From the NCBI GenBank assembly GCA_965203275.1, contig OZ241865.1:2240001-2304000 (forward strand): a stretch of DNA of 64,000 bases. The letters run 5' to 3'. The DNA comes from Bdellovibrionales bacterium (GTDB lineage Bacteria > Bdellovibrionota > Bdellovibrionia > Bdellovibrionales > JAUICD01). Shown one piece after another: positions 10,708 to 21,734 of this stretch. The notes beneath the pieces were generated by a model. It had not been told where the DNA came from and ran no database searches. It saw only the letters and a program-made list of their open reading frames with translations. Positions within the stretch are counted from its first letter, which is position 1; every line of letters begins with the position of its first letter. The position numbers and the translations under genes are program-made.

Positions 10708-11640
10708 GTGACATGGTGAAAAAAATGAGTTTTCTCGACATGTACTTGGTGATATGGTGAAAAAAACGGGTTTTCTCGACATGTACTTGGTGACATGGTG
10801 AAAAAAACGGGTTTTCTCGACATGTACTTGGTGACATGGTGAAAAAAGTGAGTTTTCTCGACATGTACTTGGTGATATGGTGAAAAAAATGAGTTTTCTC
10901 GACATGTACTTGGTGACATGGTGAAAAAAGTGAGTTTTCTCGACATATACTAGGTGATATGGTGAAAAAAGTGAGTTTTCTCGACATATACTTGGTGACA
11001 TGGTGAAAAAAGTGAGTTTTCTCGACATATACTAGGTGTGAAAAAAATGAGTTTTCTCGACATGTACTTGGTGATATGGTGAAAAAAGTGAGTTTTCTCG
11101 ACATATACTAGGTGACATGGTGAAAAAAGTGAGTTTTCTCGACATGTACTTGGTGATATGGTGAAAAAAATGAGTTTTCTCGACATATACTAGGTGACAT
11201 GGTGAAAAAAGTGAGTTTTCTCGACATGTACTTGGTGACATGGTGAAAAAAATGAGTTTTCTCGACATGTACTTGGTGACATGGTGAAAAAAGTGAGTTT
11301 TCTCGACATGTACTTGGTGACATGGTGAAAAAAATGAGTTTTCTCGACATGTACTTGGTGACATGGTGAAAAAAGTGAGTTTTCTCGACATATACTAGGT
11401 GACATGGTGAAAAAAGTGAGTTTTCTCGACATGTACTTGGTGATATGGTGAAAAAAGTGAGTTTTCTCGACATATACTAGGTGACATGGTGAAAAAAGTG
11501 AGTTTTCTCGACATGTACTTGGTGATATGGTGAAAAAAATGAGTTTTCTCGACATGTACTTGGTGATATGGTGAAAAAAATGAGTTTTCTCGACATGTAC
11601 TTGGTGATATGGTGAAAAAAACGGGTTTTCTCGACATATA
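10708..11640 (+). repeat. Tandem array of 23 x 41-bp units
   Basis: Consensus GTGACATGGTGAAAAAAGTGAGTTTTCTCGACATGTACTTG. No spacers. One unit has a 6-bp deletion near 11038. Confidence 0.97.
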
Positions 11641-11654
11641 TTAAGGTGTATAAA

Positions 11655-12794
11655 ATGAATAAGCAATCACAGCAATTATTTGATCCAAAAGTTCCCTTTG
11701 CACTTACAAAGTTGCCTCCTCCTATCATCAATGTTCAAAATAATGCAGATATTATGACAGCCTATCTTGAAGCTCAAAAAAATATTTCTGAACTTAACGG
11801 AAGATTAAGAGAGGTAGAAAATCCTGATCTCTTATTGAGTTTTTTTTATTTGAATGAATCCATACAAAGTTCAGCAGTGGAAAATATCTATACGACTATT
11901 GATTCTGCCTTAGAAGATGAAATAAAACCTGAAGAAGAAAGAAGTAGTATAAATAAAGAAGTCATAAGATATCGTGAAGCCATTTCGATAGGTTCTAATT
12001 GTATGAAAGAGCATGGTTTATCTTCTAGAACGATTAAAGAAATTCATAAAAAATTAAATATTCAAAAAGGAGTCCCAGGAGAATTTAGACGACAACAAAA
12101 TAAAATTGCTAATAAAAAAACAAATGATGAAATCATCATTGTTTATACACCTCCTGAAATAATGGCTTTAGATGGACTCTTAGGTAATTGGGAAAATTTT
12201 GTACACCAAAATCAAGACTTCTTTCCATTAATTAAAACAGCTATTTGTCATTATCAATTTGAAGCTATACATCCTTTTGTTGATGGTAATGGTCGAACAG
12301 GAAGGATTCTACTTGTTTTACAGCTTGTATTAGAGAAAATGTTAGATATTCCTGTCTTATTTATTAGTGGGTATCTGAATAAATATGATCAAAAATATAA
12401 AGAGTTGCTTTTGAAGATCACCAAAGATGGAGACTGGTATAGTTTCATTCAATTTATGTTGCAAGGATATACAATACAAGCTAAACAAACACAAGAATCT
12501 CTTTTGAAATTAAAAGATGCACAGAAAGAATTAAAAAAAACCTTATATAATACAGACAGTTTAGGTATAAGAAAAAGTAATATTTCAGATATTGTTAAGC
12601 ATGTTATTTATTATCCTATCACACATGTTTTACACATGGAAGAAAAAACAGAAATTCATCGGCAAACATGTTCTAAATATTTATCTGCTATGGCTGAGGC
12701 AGGGCTATTAAGATCTAAAAAAGCAGGAAAATATAAACATTATATCAATTTTAAAGTCTTAGATTCACTTAAATTAGATTCTGAAGATTCTTAA
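11655..12794 (+). CDS. Class II Fic-domain protein (AMPylase) with C-terminal winged HTH
   Basis: HPFVDGNGRTGR Fic motif, N-terminal inhibitory SSAVEN motif, C-terminal RQTCSKYLSAMAEAGLL HTH. Confidence 0.92.
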   Translation: MNKQSQQLFDPKVPFALTKLPPPIINVQNNADIMTAYLEAQKNISELNGRLREVENPDLLLSFFYLNESIQSSAVENIYTTIDSALEDEIKPEEERSSINKEVIRYREAISIGSNCMKEHGLSSRTIKEIHKKLNIQKGVPGEFRRQQNKIANKKTNDEIIIVYTPPEIMALDGLLGNWENFVHQNQDFFPLIKTAICHYQFEAIHPFVDGNGRTGRILLVLQLVLEKMLDIPVLFISGYLNKYDQKYKELLLKITKDGDWYSFIQFMLQGYTIQAKQTQESLLKLKDAQKELKKTLYNTDSLGIRKSNISDIVKHVIYYPITHVLHMEEKTEIHRQTCSKYLSAMAEAGLLRSKKAGKYKHYINFKVLDSLKLDSEDS

Positions 12795-12956
12795 ACTCTA
12801 TTAGTCTTTTATGAAGCAACATGTCTTATGAGAATTAATGCAATTGCGGTGGCTCAAAAAAAGATTTGACAAAAGTATGGCTTTGTTCTTTACTAATCAA
12901 AAACTTATACCTCAAACACAGTTCAAACACCTAGTAAAAATAAAAGGATTTACAAA

Positions 12957-13283
12957 ATGCATTTTGTTTATGCTCAAGCTGTTTCAGGGCCTAGCTTTTT
13001 AGAAAGCCTCATACCGTGGATTTTAATCTTTGGAGTGTTTTACTTTATTCTCATTCGCCCTCAAGTCAAACAAAGAAAAGAGCATACAGCGTTTCTATCT
13101 CAACTTAAAAAAGGAGATGAAGTCATTACAATGAGTGGCTTTTTAGGACGAGTAGAAGGGTTGACAGATCAATTTATCACTTTAGAAATTGCTTCTGGCA
13201 CAAAAGTTAAAATTTTAAGAAGTCAAATTGCAAGCCCCGTACAAAAAGAAAATCAAAAAGAAAATAAGGAGACTAAAAAATGA
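12957..13283 (+). CDS. yajC: Preprotein translocase subunit YajC
   Basis: FYFILIRPQ, LKKGDEVIT; lies upstream of secD. Confidence 0.95.
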   Translation: MHFVYAQAVSGPSFLESLIPWILIFGVFYFILIRPQVKQRKEHTAFLSQLKKGDEVITMSGFLGRVEGLTDQFITLEIASGTKVKILRSQIASPVQKENQKENKETKK

Positions 13284-14989
13284 TTCCACTTAAATGGCGG
13301 TTTCTTATTATAGGTGCAGTGATCTTACTTGCTGCTTTATCTGTAGCCCCTAATTTTGTGCAACTACCTAGCTTTATGTCTTCAAAAAAGATTGTCTTAG
13401 GTTTGGATATACAGGGAGGATTGCATTTAGTCATGCGAGCTAACATTGAAGATGTCCTCTCAGAACAAATGGCTCGTCTTTCTGCCACTTTAAAAACTGA
13501 TCTCGCAACACAAAATATTTCTGTCAAAGCCATTCAAAACCTCAAACAAGATAATAAGAACACTATTCGCATTCAGGTCACCAACTCAAATAAACAACGG
13601 GTAAGAACTCTTTTAGAAAACAACCTAACAGACAGCTGGACAGGGCAGTTAGGTTACTTCATCACAGAGGATATTGCCGAAAGTGATACTTCTCATTTGA
13701 TGATCTGGCAAAATGAATTAATGCTCAAAAAATCAAGAGAAAATATTGTAGAGCAATCTATCGAAACTTTACGTAATAGAATTGACGCCCTTGGAGTAGC
13801 AGAACCTTTCATTACATCTCAAGGTAATAATCGCATTTTGATTCAAATTCCTGGTGTCAAAGACGAAGATTATCAAAGAGCTAAAGACCTCATCCATCAA
13901 ACAGCTAGATTAGAATTTATGCTAGTCAAAGACGCTAATGAGTTAAGTCAATGGATTGAAGAGGCTGAGAAAAAAGGCTCTTATGATATGAAATCTCTTA
14001 CTTATCCTCAATATATCAATAGGCTCAATGAAGATATTAAAAATAGATTAGAAAACAATCAAAAAGTGCTTTTTCAAAAAGCAGAAAATGTTGAAAGCAT
14101 TGAAACATCAGGCATCCCTTATCTTTTAGAAATAACAGACTTAGGAGGAGATGACCTAAGAGGTGCTGACGTAGGTGTAGGACAGAGAATGGATCCTGCT
14201 GTGGATTTTGAATTTGACACTGATGGAGCAAGGAAGTTTTCTGATCTTACAGGAGCAAATGTCAATAAACAAATGGCTATTGTATTAGACGATATTGTGT
14301 ATTCAGCTCCTGTGATTCAAACAAAAATTTCAGGAGGGAGAGGACAGATCACCCTAGGAGGTGGTCGTAATATCGAAGATATGAGACAAGAAGCAAGTAT
14401 GATTGCTATGGCCCTGAGAGCTGGTGCCTTACCTGCTAGCTTGGAGCAAATTGAGGAGCGAACAGTTGGTCCTACACTAGGAGCAGACTCTATTGCAAAG
14501 GGTAAAACGGCCATTATGATTGGTGGTTTGTTGGTTTTAATTTTTATGGTTTTTTATTATAAATTCTTTGGGATGATTGCTGACTTTGCCTTAACCCTTA
14601 ATATGTTCTTAGTATTAGCTGTTCTCAGTGCATTAGAAGCTACACTCACTCTACCAGGGATTGCAGGCATTGCTCTAACTATAGGAATGGCTGTGGATGC
14701 CAATGTGATTATTTTTGAAAGAATCAAAGAAGCCCTACGTAAAGGAGGAAGTCTTCATTTGTCTGTAAATGAAGGTTACTCAAAGGGCTTATCTGCTATT
14801 TTTGATGCTAATATCACAACAGCTGCTACTTCAGTGATTTTAATGTATTTTGGAACAGGTCCTGTAAGGGGTTTTGCTGTAACTCTTTTGATTGGAATTA
14901 TGACCTCACTTTTTACAGCTATTTTTGTTACAAAAAGTATTTTAGATTTTTACACTCAACGATTTCATCATAGCAAACTCAAAATATAA
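13280..14989 (+). CDS. secD: Protein translocase subunit SecD
   Basis: LGLDIQGG, RIDALGVAEP, VGPTLG, GMAVDANVIIFERIKE. Confidence 0.97.
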   Translation: MIPLKWRFLIIGAVILLAALSVAPNFVQLPSFMSSKKIVLGLDIQGGLHLVMRANIEDVLSEQMARLSATLKTDLATQNISVKAIQNLKQDNKNTIRIQVTNSNKQRVRTLLENNLTDSWTGQLGYFITEDIAESDTSHLMIWQNELMLKKSRENIVEQSIETLRNRIDALGVAEPFITSQGNNRILIQIPGVKDEDYQRAKDLIHQTARLEFMLVKDANELSQWIEEAEKKGSYDMKSLTYPQYINRLNEDIKNRLENNQKVLFQKAENVESIETSGIPYLLEITDLGGDDLRGADVGVGQRMDPAVDFEFDTDGARKFSDLTGANVNKQMAIVLDDIVYSAPVIQTKISGGRGQITLGGGRNIEDMRQEASMIAMALRAGALPASLEQIEERTVGPTLGADSIAKGKTAIMIGGLLVLIFMVFYYKFFGMIADFALTLNMFLVLAVLSALEATLTLPGIAGIALTIGMAVDANVIIFERIKEALRKGGSLHLSVNEGYSKGLSAIFDANITTAATSVILMYFGTGPVRGFAVTLLIGIMTSLFTAIFVTKSILDFYTQRFHHSKLKI

Positions 14990-14998
14990 GGTTACATT

Positions 14999-15967
14999 AT
15001 GGAAAAAAAGCAAAAAAAAAATAATACCTCTAATAAGCCAGAGTTTATCTTAAAAGCTAAAGAAAAGCCTACTATAAATTTTATGGGTAAAAATAAATTC
15101 TTTGCTTTAGTATCTACAGGTCTAGTGATTTTTTCTATTACAATAATAATGCTACGAGGACTGAATTATGGCATTGACTTTGCTGGTGGAACAGAAGTAC
15201 AGGTACAATTTTCAGGAGGGGTAGATGTTGCAACCATAAGAAGCATGCTCAGTGAAATTGACTTAGAGTCTGTTCAAGTACAACAATTTGGAACAACTCA
15301 GGAGTTTCTTATTCGCTTTGAATCTCCGCAGGCCTCAACAGAACAAGAAGTGAATCAAAAGATTCAAGAACGTATTTTATCAGTCAGGCAAAAGATGGAA
15401 TCCACTTATCCTGATGCAGATATTCGTAGAATTGATTCTGTAGGTCCTCAGATTGGAGAACAGTTAAAACGCAATGGAGCTTTAGCAGTTTTTTATAGTT
15501 TACTATTGATATTGATTTATGTGGGTTTAAGATTTGACTACAATTTTGCACCAGGAGCTGTCGTGTGCTTGTTTCATGATTCTTTGATCACATTGGGGAT
15601 TTTTGCTGCTTTAGGTAAAGAGATCAATGTTCAAATTTTGGCAGCTATTTTAACTATTATTGGCTACTCTCTCAACGACACCATTGTTATTTTTGATCGC
15701 ATTAGAGAAAACCTTATCATCTTCAAAAATCACAAATTAATTTGGATTTTAAATCGTTCCATCAATGATGCCTTATCTCGTACATTACTCACAACGGTCA
15801 CAACACTATTAGCTGTCTTATCTTTGAATATTTTTGCAGGAGGAGTCATAGCCGACTTTGCCTTTGCTTTAGGAATCGGTGTAGTGGTGGGAACATATTC
15901 CTCTGTTTACATTGCTTCTCCTTTGGTGATTGAATTTGCTAAACTTAAAAAGAAAAGACAAAAATAA
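14999..15967 (+). CDS. secF: Protein translocase subunit SecF
   Basis: GIDFAGG, VGPQIG, GYSLNDTIVIFDRIRE. Confidence 0.97.
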   Translation: MEKKQKKNNTSNKPEFILKAKEKPTINFMGKNKFFALVSTGLVIFSITIIMLRGLNYGIDFAGGTEVQVQFSGGVDVATIRSMLSEIDLESVQVQQFGTTQEFLIRFESPQASTEQEVNQKIQERILSVRQKMESTYPDADIRRIDSVGPQIGEQLKRNGALAVFYSLLLILIYVGLRFDYNFAPGAVVCLFHDSLITLGIFAALGKEINVQILAAILTIIGYSLNDTIVIFDRIRENLIIFKNHKLIWILNRSINDALSRTLLTTVTTLLAVLSLNIFAGGVIADFAFALGIGVVVGTYSSVYIASPLVIEFAKLKKKRQK

Positions 15968-16627
15968 ATGACACCTCAAAAAAAGACCCATGCTATTGTT
16001 CTGCTTTCAGCAGGGCTTGATTCCACAGTCAACTGTTACCTCACTCGACAAGATTATCAGTCCACACAAGCTCTCTATTTTAACTATGGACAGAAGGCTA
16101 CTCTAAGAGAACTTCATAGAGCTACTCAAATTGCTAAGGAACTCAATATATCTTTTATGTCAGTGGATTTACCTTGGCTCAAAGGATTAGGACAATCTGC
16201 ACTTACTTCTTCTGTTCTTTTACCTCAAATGGTCAAATTAGATGATCTCCAACAAACGCAACAAACAGCTCAACAGGTATGGGTCCCTAATCGCAATGCT
16301 ATTTTTATACACATTGCAGTAGCTTTTGCTCAAAACAATCCTACAGATATCATTGTAGGGTTTAATAAAGAAGAAGCTCAAACTTTCCCTGATAATTCCA
16401 AAGAATTTGTAGATTCGATAAATAAAAGCTTAGAATTTTCTCTATTATCTCAAGTACAAGTTAAATCTTATACGCTCAATATGGATAAAAAAGAAATTGT
16501 CCAATTAGGTAAAAAAAATAAGGTAAACTTTGATCTCATTTGGTCTTGTTATGAAGGCTATGAAAGCCCTTGTCGTCATTGTGAATCTTGTTTGCGGCTA
16601 CAATCAGCCTTAGCCGCTCATTCCTAA
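15968..16627 (+). CDS. queC: 7-cyano-7-deazaguanine synthase
   Basis: LSAGLDS, VWVPNRN, SCY...C..CESC.LR. Confidence 0.92.
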   Translation: MTPQKKTHAIVLLSAGLDSTVNCYLTRQDYQSTQALYFNYGQKATLRELHRATQIAKELNISFMSVDLPWLKGLGQSALTSSVLLPQMVKLDDLQQTQQTAQQVWVPNRNAIFIHIAVAFAQNNPTDIIVGFNKEEAQTFPDNSKEFVDSINKSLEFSLLSQVQVKSYTLNMDKKEIVQLGKKNKVNFDLIWSCYEGYESPCRHCESCLRLQSALAAHS

Positions 16628-17254
16628 TGCATAGCCAAAAATAGCTGTCAGCATCCACCCTAATGTTGACACAATTAAAAAAATACTCCAAGTGCGAGGT
16701 GAAATATGTTGATTTTCTTCTATGATCATCCATGTAGCAAATGTACAAACAAGAGGTATTCCAAAGGGGAAAAACAATCCAAATGTTAAAGCAAAAGCTA
16801 AAACTCCAATAAGAAGTCCTGAAAATATAGGTCCTAAAATATCATCAATTAAATTAAGAGGTGCTTGTTGATCAGATGATAAGTCAAAGCCCCAACCATT
16901 TATTTGCAATACAATGAGTGAGAGTACTCCTAAAAGGAGAGATACAGCAAAGACGCTGCTTGCAGCAAGTTCAGGTATAGTATATAATTTTTGACGTACA
17001 TTTTGATGGGTTAAAACAATAAATCCAGGGATAGCAGTCATAAGCAAAAGAAGAAAACTTATAGTCATAAACACCCCACTGGCTATCTCTAAAGACTGTG
17101 GGTCGTCTGATAATGACCAGAATAGAACAGTAGCAATAAATGCAAAAACAAAAAAGCAAATCCAGACAACTAATATCCATAAGATGATCTTTTGCCAAGC
17201 AGATCTTTGAGTTAATTTTTCTAATAACCTTATATATTTTTGTTTCCAATCCAT
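16610..17254 (-). CDS. Multi-TM hypothetical protein, paralog A
   Basis: Hydrophobic. Shares RQKLYTxPE, TxGLxFPFGIP and STLGW with its neighbour. Likely start MDWKQ. Confidence 0.7.
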   Translation of the reverse strand: MDWKQKYIRLLEKLTQRSAWQKIILWILVVWICFFVFAFIATVLFWSLSDDPQSLEIASGVFMTISFLLLLMTAIPGFIVLTHQNVRQKLYTIPELAASSVFAVSLLLGVLSLIVLQINGWGFDLSSDQQAPLNLIDDILGPIFSGLLIGVLAFALTFGLFFPFGIPLVCTFATWMIIEENQHISPRTWSIFLIVSTLGWMLTAIFGYALGMSG

Positions 17255-17375
17255 AATAGATACCTCTTTTAAGTATACCATAAACTTGCAAACACAGTGG
17301 AAGAATATACTTATCTTTGAAAGAAATATTACGGACAGACAAATATCTACAAAGTTAAACAATAATGTCTCAAAC

Positions 17376-17996
17376 CTAGGCATTACCTAGGACATAACCA
17401 ACGAAAACCACTAATATCCAACCCAGTGTAGAAATACCTACAAAACGAAACCAAGATTTTGATGATATGATTTTATCTTTTTTGATAATACTTCTAATAG
17501 ACCATGCACAGAGAAAAGGAATGCCAAAAGGGAACACCAATCCCATTGTAAGAGGAAAAATCGCAACGCCAATTAAAAACTGCTCAAATAAAGGCGACAA
17601 AATAATAGCCTGAAAACTATCATCTGCCCTAACTCTATAGAAAGAAAAATCACTGACCTGATATAAAATGAAACAAAAGGCTATCACTAAAATGGTAGCT
17701 AATAAAAAAGACAAAATAAAACTACTTAAGGCAGCTGCCTCTGGCAAGGTATATAATTTTTGACGTAAAGGTGGATAAATAAGGGCTACACATCCAGGAA
17801 AACCTGTCACAAACAAAGCAGCAAGCACCGCAATACTCAATACTTGAAAGCTATTGCTTGCCCCGCCGACACTGTAAGCTTTCACACTCAATATGGCTAT
17901 AGCATAGGTTAGGATGCCTACTAAAACCCAGCTGATCACTGCTAATAAAGCTAATATACGCCATTGAACTAAAGGATTTTTAATGTTTTTTATCAC
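17376..17996 (-). CDS. Multi-TM hypothetical protein, paralog B
   Basis: Same shared motifs as paralog A. Confidence 0.7.
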   Translation of the reverse strand: MIKNIKNPLVQWRILALLAVISWVLVGILTYAIAILSVKAYSVGGASNSFQVLSIAVLAALFVTGFPGCVALIYPPLRQKLYTLPEAAALSSFILSFLLATILVIAFCFILYQVSDFSFYRVRADDSFQAIILSPLFEQFLIGVAIFPLTMGLVFPFGIPFLCAWSIRSIIKKDKIISSKSWFRFVGISTLGWILVVFVGYVLGNA

Positions 17997-18079
17997 TATT
18001 TCGACCTTATCAATTGAACCTATAGTTATATTTTAGCACAATATGATTGCATTTTAGCAACTTTAGTGAAAATCTCTGA

Positions 18080-19174
18080 TCAATCACAGTCAACAGTATC
18101 AACACAAGCAAGATCAATCAGTTCAGATAATAATTCCTTATAAGGCAACCCACTTATTTCCCATAGCTTAGGATACATACTAATGGCAGTAAACCCTGGT
18201 ATAGTGTTGATTTCATTGACAACAAGCTCCTCATTATTTTTAAGAAAAAAATCTACACGAGCCATACCTTTACATTCCAATAATAAGAAGACATCTTTTG
18301 CAAGCTGTTGAATATTTTTTACTATTTTATTTGAAAGATTTAAGTTTGAAGTTTTAAGTGTCGCTCCTTGAGGGTCTAAATATTTTGCTTCGTATGAATA
18401 AAAATCATGCTGTGGTATAATTTCCCCAGGTAAAGAAGTTTTTGGATTTTCATTACCTAAAACAGCGACTTCTAACTCTCGTCCTATAATACCTTCTTCC
18501 ACAATGGCTTTTTTGTCATATTGAAAAGTATTTTGTATAGCTTGAGTTAAATTGTTTTTGTCTTGCACTTTTTGAATGCCAATAGACGATCCCATATTGG
18601 CAGGTTTCACAAAGAGAGGAAACTTTAAGTGAGATATTTGCCTGAAGACCTCTTGCTTTTGCCAATAATGAGCAGAATCTTGCAGAGCAGATAACTCCAC
18701 AAACGGACCTACAGAAAAACCAAAAGCTGAAAGTAATTTTTTAGTAAATATTTTATCCATGGCAAGAGCAGAGGCTAAAATATCTGAACCTACAAAGGGA
18801 ATACCATAACATTTAAGAAGTCCTTGAAAGCTACCATCCTCTCCATAAGGACCATGCAAAACAGGGAAAGCTATATCTATGGACAATGGCTCTGATGGTA
18901 TGTTGGCACGAAGATCAATAAGTGATGCTGTTTGATTCTGAGGGATGAGAGTAGCAAGGTTTCCCATTTGATGAAATTTCAATTTTCGCTTTGGTTCTAA
19001 AAAAGCATCTATATCAGTAATATGATACCAAGTGCCTTTTTGAGATATCCCTATAAGAAACACTTCATATTTATTCTTGCTTAGATTCTGGAAAACACTA
19101 CGTGCTGACTGAACAGAAATAAAATGTTCCGCAGATCGACCTCCAAAAAATAAAGCTATCTTTAACTTTTTCAT
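18080..19174 (-). CDS. ddl: D-alanine--D-alanine ligase
   Basis: GGRSAEH, HGPYGEDG, VKPANMGSS, NEINTIPGFT..SMYP. Confidence 0.97.
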   Translation of the reverse strand: MKKLKIALFFGGRSAEHFISVQSARSVFQNLSKNKYEVFLIGISQKGTWYHITDIDAFLEPKRKLKFHQMGNLATLIPQNQTASLIDLRANIPSEPLSIDIAFPVLHGPYGEDGSFQGLLKCYGIPFVGSDILASALAMDKIFTKKLLSAFGFSVGPFVELSALQDSAHYWQKQEVFRQISHLKFPLFVKPANMGSSIGIQKVQDKNNLTQAIQNTFQYDKKAIVEEGIIGRELEVAVLGNENPKTSLPGEIIPQHDFYSYEAKYLDPQGATLKTSNLNLSNKIVKNIQQLAKDVFLLLECKGMARVDFFLKNNEELVVNEINTIPGFTAISMYPKLWEISGLPYKELLSELIDLACVDTVDCD

Positions 19175-19496
19175 ACCATCTTATAGCACCGTCTCCATCT
19201 CAAAGCAAATTAAAGCTGTATATAGAACTGCTGATCTTATACATTAAAATTTCATTTATATTATGGTCTACAGGTGGAAATGTTCTACCTTTGCTGAATT
19301 GTCCAGATTGTTGGGGAGCTTCTGATCTGGAGGTCTACAAAAAATGCCTTTAAAATATAAAAATCTAAGAACAGATAATATATAATAAGTTTTGAGTTTT
19401 TGAGTTTAAGATAAGCTTTACAGAATATTTATAGATTGTTATATAAGTGAGCAAAGAGGAGGTTATCAAGATAGCCCGATATTCTAAAGAACATAA

Positions 19497-20102
19497 TTAA
19501 TCAATATTAACAAGTTTCTTATTCTCTGTTATAATCCATATATCCCTGTGCATATTTCTAGCTCCAATTAAAAACTTTACATTTCGATAACCCATGTTAT
19601 CTATCCTTACGTATCTATCTGTAGCCAGGCCAGAATCAGCCCTTGAGACTTGTTGTGGTGGATAAAAGGGATTTCTTAAAACTAAAAAACAATTTGGATT
19701 TCTACCTTGCCTTATTTTACTACTGCATGCATTAAATATATTTGCCTTGTAATTAGTTGCTAGTGGACCTGTGTATGGTGGGCTTAATGAAGGCCGAGGA
19801 TCTGTATTCTTCACGTTAACGTTGTGAGGCACTCCAAATTTTCGTTGGTTATGCCATCCTGCTGTATAATGATACGTGCCTTTTGGTTCAAAGCCGAGCT
19901 GTGAAAAGCTGGCCGTACCATATCCATAATTGGTGATAAATACCTTTTCCATTGTGTAAAGTGTAGATAAGGAAAGTTTAGCCTCTCCCTGTCTAGCCTT
20001 CGCTTTGTACTTTTGATATTGTGGAATAGCCACAACACTTAAAACACCGATAATGCCTACGACTACCAATAACTCAATTAAAGAAAAGCCTGCTTGTTTC
20101 AT
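19497..20102 (-). CDS. Type IV pilin (minor/variant)
   Basis: Prepilin motif GFSLIELLVVVGIIGVL. Confidence 0.9.
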   Translation of the reverse strand: MKQAGFSLIELLVVVGIIGVLSVVAIPQYQKYKAKARQGEAKLSLSTLYTMEKVFITNYGYGTASFSQLGFEPKGTYHYTAGWHNQRKFGVPHNVNVKNTDPRPSLSPPYTGPLATNYKANIFNACSSKIRQGRNPNCFLVLRNPFYPPQQVSRADSGLATDRYVRIDNMGYRNVKFLIGARNMHRDIWIITENKKLVNID

Positions 20103-20115
20103 ATTGTGTTTCCTT

Positions 20116-20589
20116 TTAAATAACTGTTTCCTTACAAAAACTATCAAAAACTTGCCACTTTAGCTGTTGGCAATCCAATGGCTTATCATTATCCAAAGAG
20201 ACCACAAGCCCACAAATATATACCCTGTGATCATGAAACTTCTTAGATGTTGATAGTGTTTCTTTACAAGCTTGAGTCATGGCCGGAATACCTCGATAGA
20301 TATTGCATGTGCTTTCCTTACAAGCACTTAAAAGATTTGCCTTAGTTCCTTTCAATTTGTTTTTTTCAATATAATTTGTGTTTGGACTATAAAGACTATC
20401 CCATGCTTTCTGTGTGATGCGAATGTCTGTATTTATCCTTTTGTCTGTTTTTACATTAAGGCTTTCATTAATAAAAGCAATTGGAGCAATCCATGATATT
20501 GCCAAGCAAACAAAAGCACACGATAACCCTATAGGATTATCTAGTTTCTTAATCGTTATTTTTAGAAAGTTAAGTGTCTTTAAAACCAT
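20116..20589 (-). CDS. Hypothetical protein between pilins
   Basis: One TM helix and several Cys; translationally coupled to the upstream pilin. Confidence 0.55.
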   Translation of the reverse strand: MVLKTLNFLKITIKKLDNPIGLSCAFVCLAISWIAPIAFINESLNVKTDKRINTDIRITQKAWDSLYSPNTNYIEKNKLKGTKANLLSACKESTCNIYRGIPAMTQACKETLSTSKKFHDHRVYICGLVVSLDNDKPLDCQQLKWQVFDSFCKETVI

Positions 20590-21290
20590 TATCCGCCATT
20601 TATATAATGTGTTAGCTTTTTATTTGAATTAATTAGCCATTGATCAATCCTTTTGCCACCAATATTGCCAGTAGCATTAATATTAAAAATGACTTCACTT
20701 CCTCTATTATTAACACCATTAGGACTATAGCCACAGTTGCCTGTACCTCCTGGTGGTGTTTTATTACATTGTCCTCTAACCATGTTATCAAAAGTACAAG
20801 TTACTCCAGTGCCACAGTCTGGACAAGCACACGTACCAGTAATCTTCATCCTCGGAGTCATGCTATCATTTGGATGGAAGCTCAATACACCCGGAGCAAA
20901 ATCAAAGTTCATTTCTAGTGTATTAACTTCATCTATATCTGTAGCTAAAGGACCATCATAGCCACCACCTGACACCTGAGATCTGGCCGTTACGTTGACA
21001 TTTATTCCTACAGCTACTTTGTCTCTTATATGCCATCCGGCCATATAATAAGCATCTCCTATTTGGCTATATCCCATTTGTCGTAGGTTAGGTGTTCCAA
21101 CATCCCACTCGGTGATAAATGTCATTTGGGCCCCATAAATACCACTAAGTATTGTTTTAGCATTGGCTTGAATAGCCTTTCGTTTAAATTGACCATATTG
21201 TGGTACGGCAATCACAGCTAATATGCCAATAATAGCCACAGTAACCATTATCTCAATTAAAGAAAATCCTTTTTGATTTGATCTGTCCAT
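20589..21290 (-). CDS. Type IV pilin
   Basis: GFSLIEIMVTVAIIGIL; Cys-rich variable C-terminus. Confidence 0.92.
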   Translation of the reverse strand: MDRSNQKGFSLIEIMVTVAIIGILAVIAVPQYGQFKRKAIQANAKTILSGIYGAQMTFITEWDVGTPNLRQMGYSQIGDAYYMAGWHIRDKVAVGINVNVTARSQVSGGGYDGPLATDIDEVNTLEMNFDFAPGVLSFHPNDSMTPRMKITGTCACPDCGTGVTCTFDNMVRGQCNKTPPGGTGNCGYSPNGVNNRGSEVIFNINATGNIGGKRIDQWLINSNKKLTHYINGG

Positions 21291-21307
21291 AATATCATCC
21301 TTAAGAT

Positions 21308-21732
21308 TTCACTCAAAATGCATCATGCCTCTGGCATGTTTTTGGGCAGTTAGCCCGACGGCTTATCGCCGTCGGGCTAACTGTTATTAGAAGGATATTT
21401 TCCTTAACATGATGTCAAGAGGCAAGGATATCCTTTCTTACTTGAAATGAACGGATTTTTTAGGTGTTGCCTATTTTGTCAAAGGCGAAAGCCTTTGCAG
21501 GCAACACCAAAAAACACACCAGAGGTGTGGTTCATTTCAAGTGAAAATGACGGCTGGTTTATTTTTAGTGAAAATGTAAGAAGGAACTTTTTCCTTAACA
21601 TGGTGTTACAAAATGAGGAGATCCTCCCTACTAAAAGTGGTCAAGCTTTCTAGGTTGCCAGCATTTAAGAAGGCGACAGCCTTCGGCTGGCAACCAGAAA
21701 GTGACCAGAGGTCAGACCACTTTTAGTGAACC
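21308..21732 (+). repeat. Cluster of dispersed ~142-bp structured elements
   Basis: Full copies at about 21399..21545 and 21591..21730. Confidence 0.9.
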
Positions 21733-21734
21733 AT

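Noticed and set aside
10708..11640. 41-bp array as a CRISPR or TIGR-like guide array
   Set aside because: No unique spacers, only a few recurrent SNPs, and no Cas or Nop-domain gene adjacent.
10640..11731. Many overlapping minus-strand ORFs (MSRKLTFF...)
   Set aside because: Artefacts of the 41-bp tandem repeat read in rotating frames.
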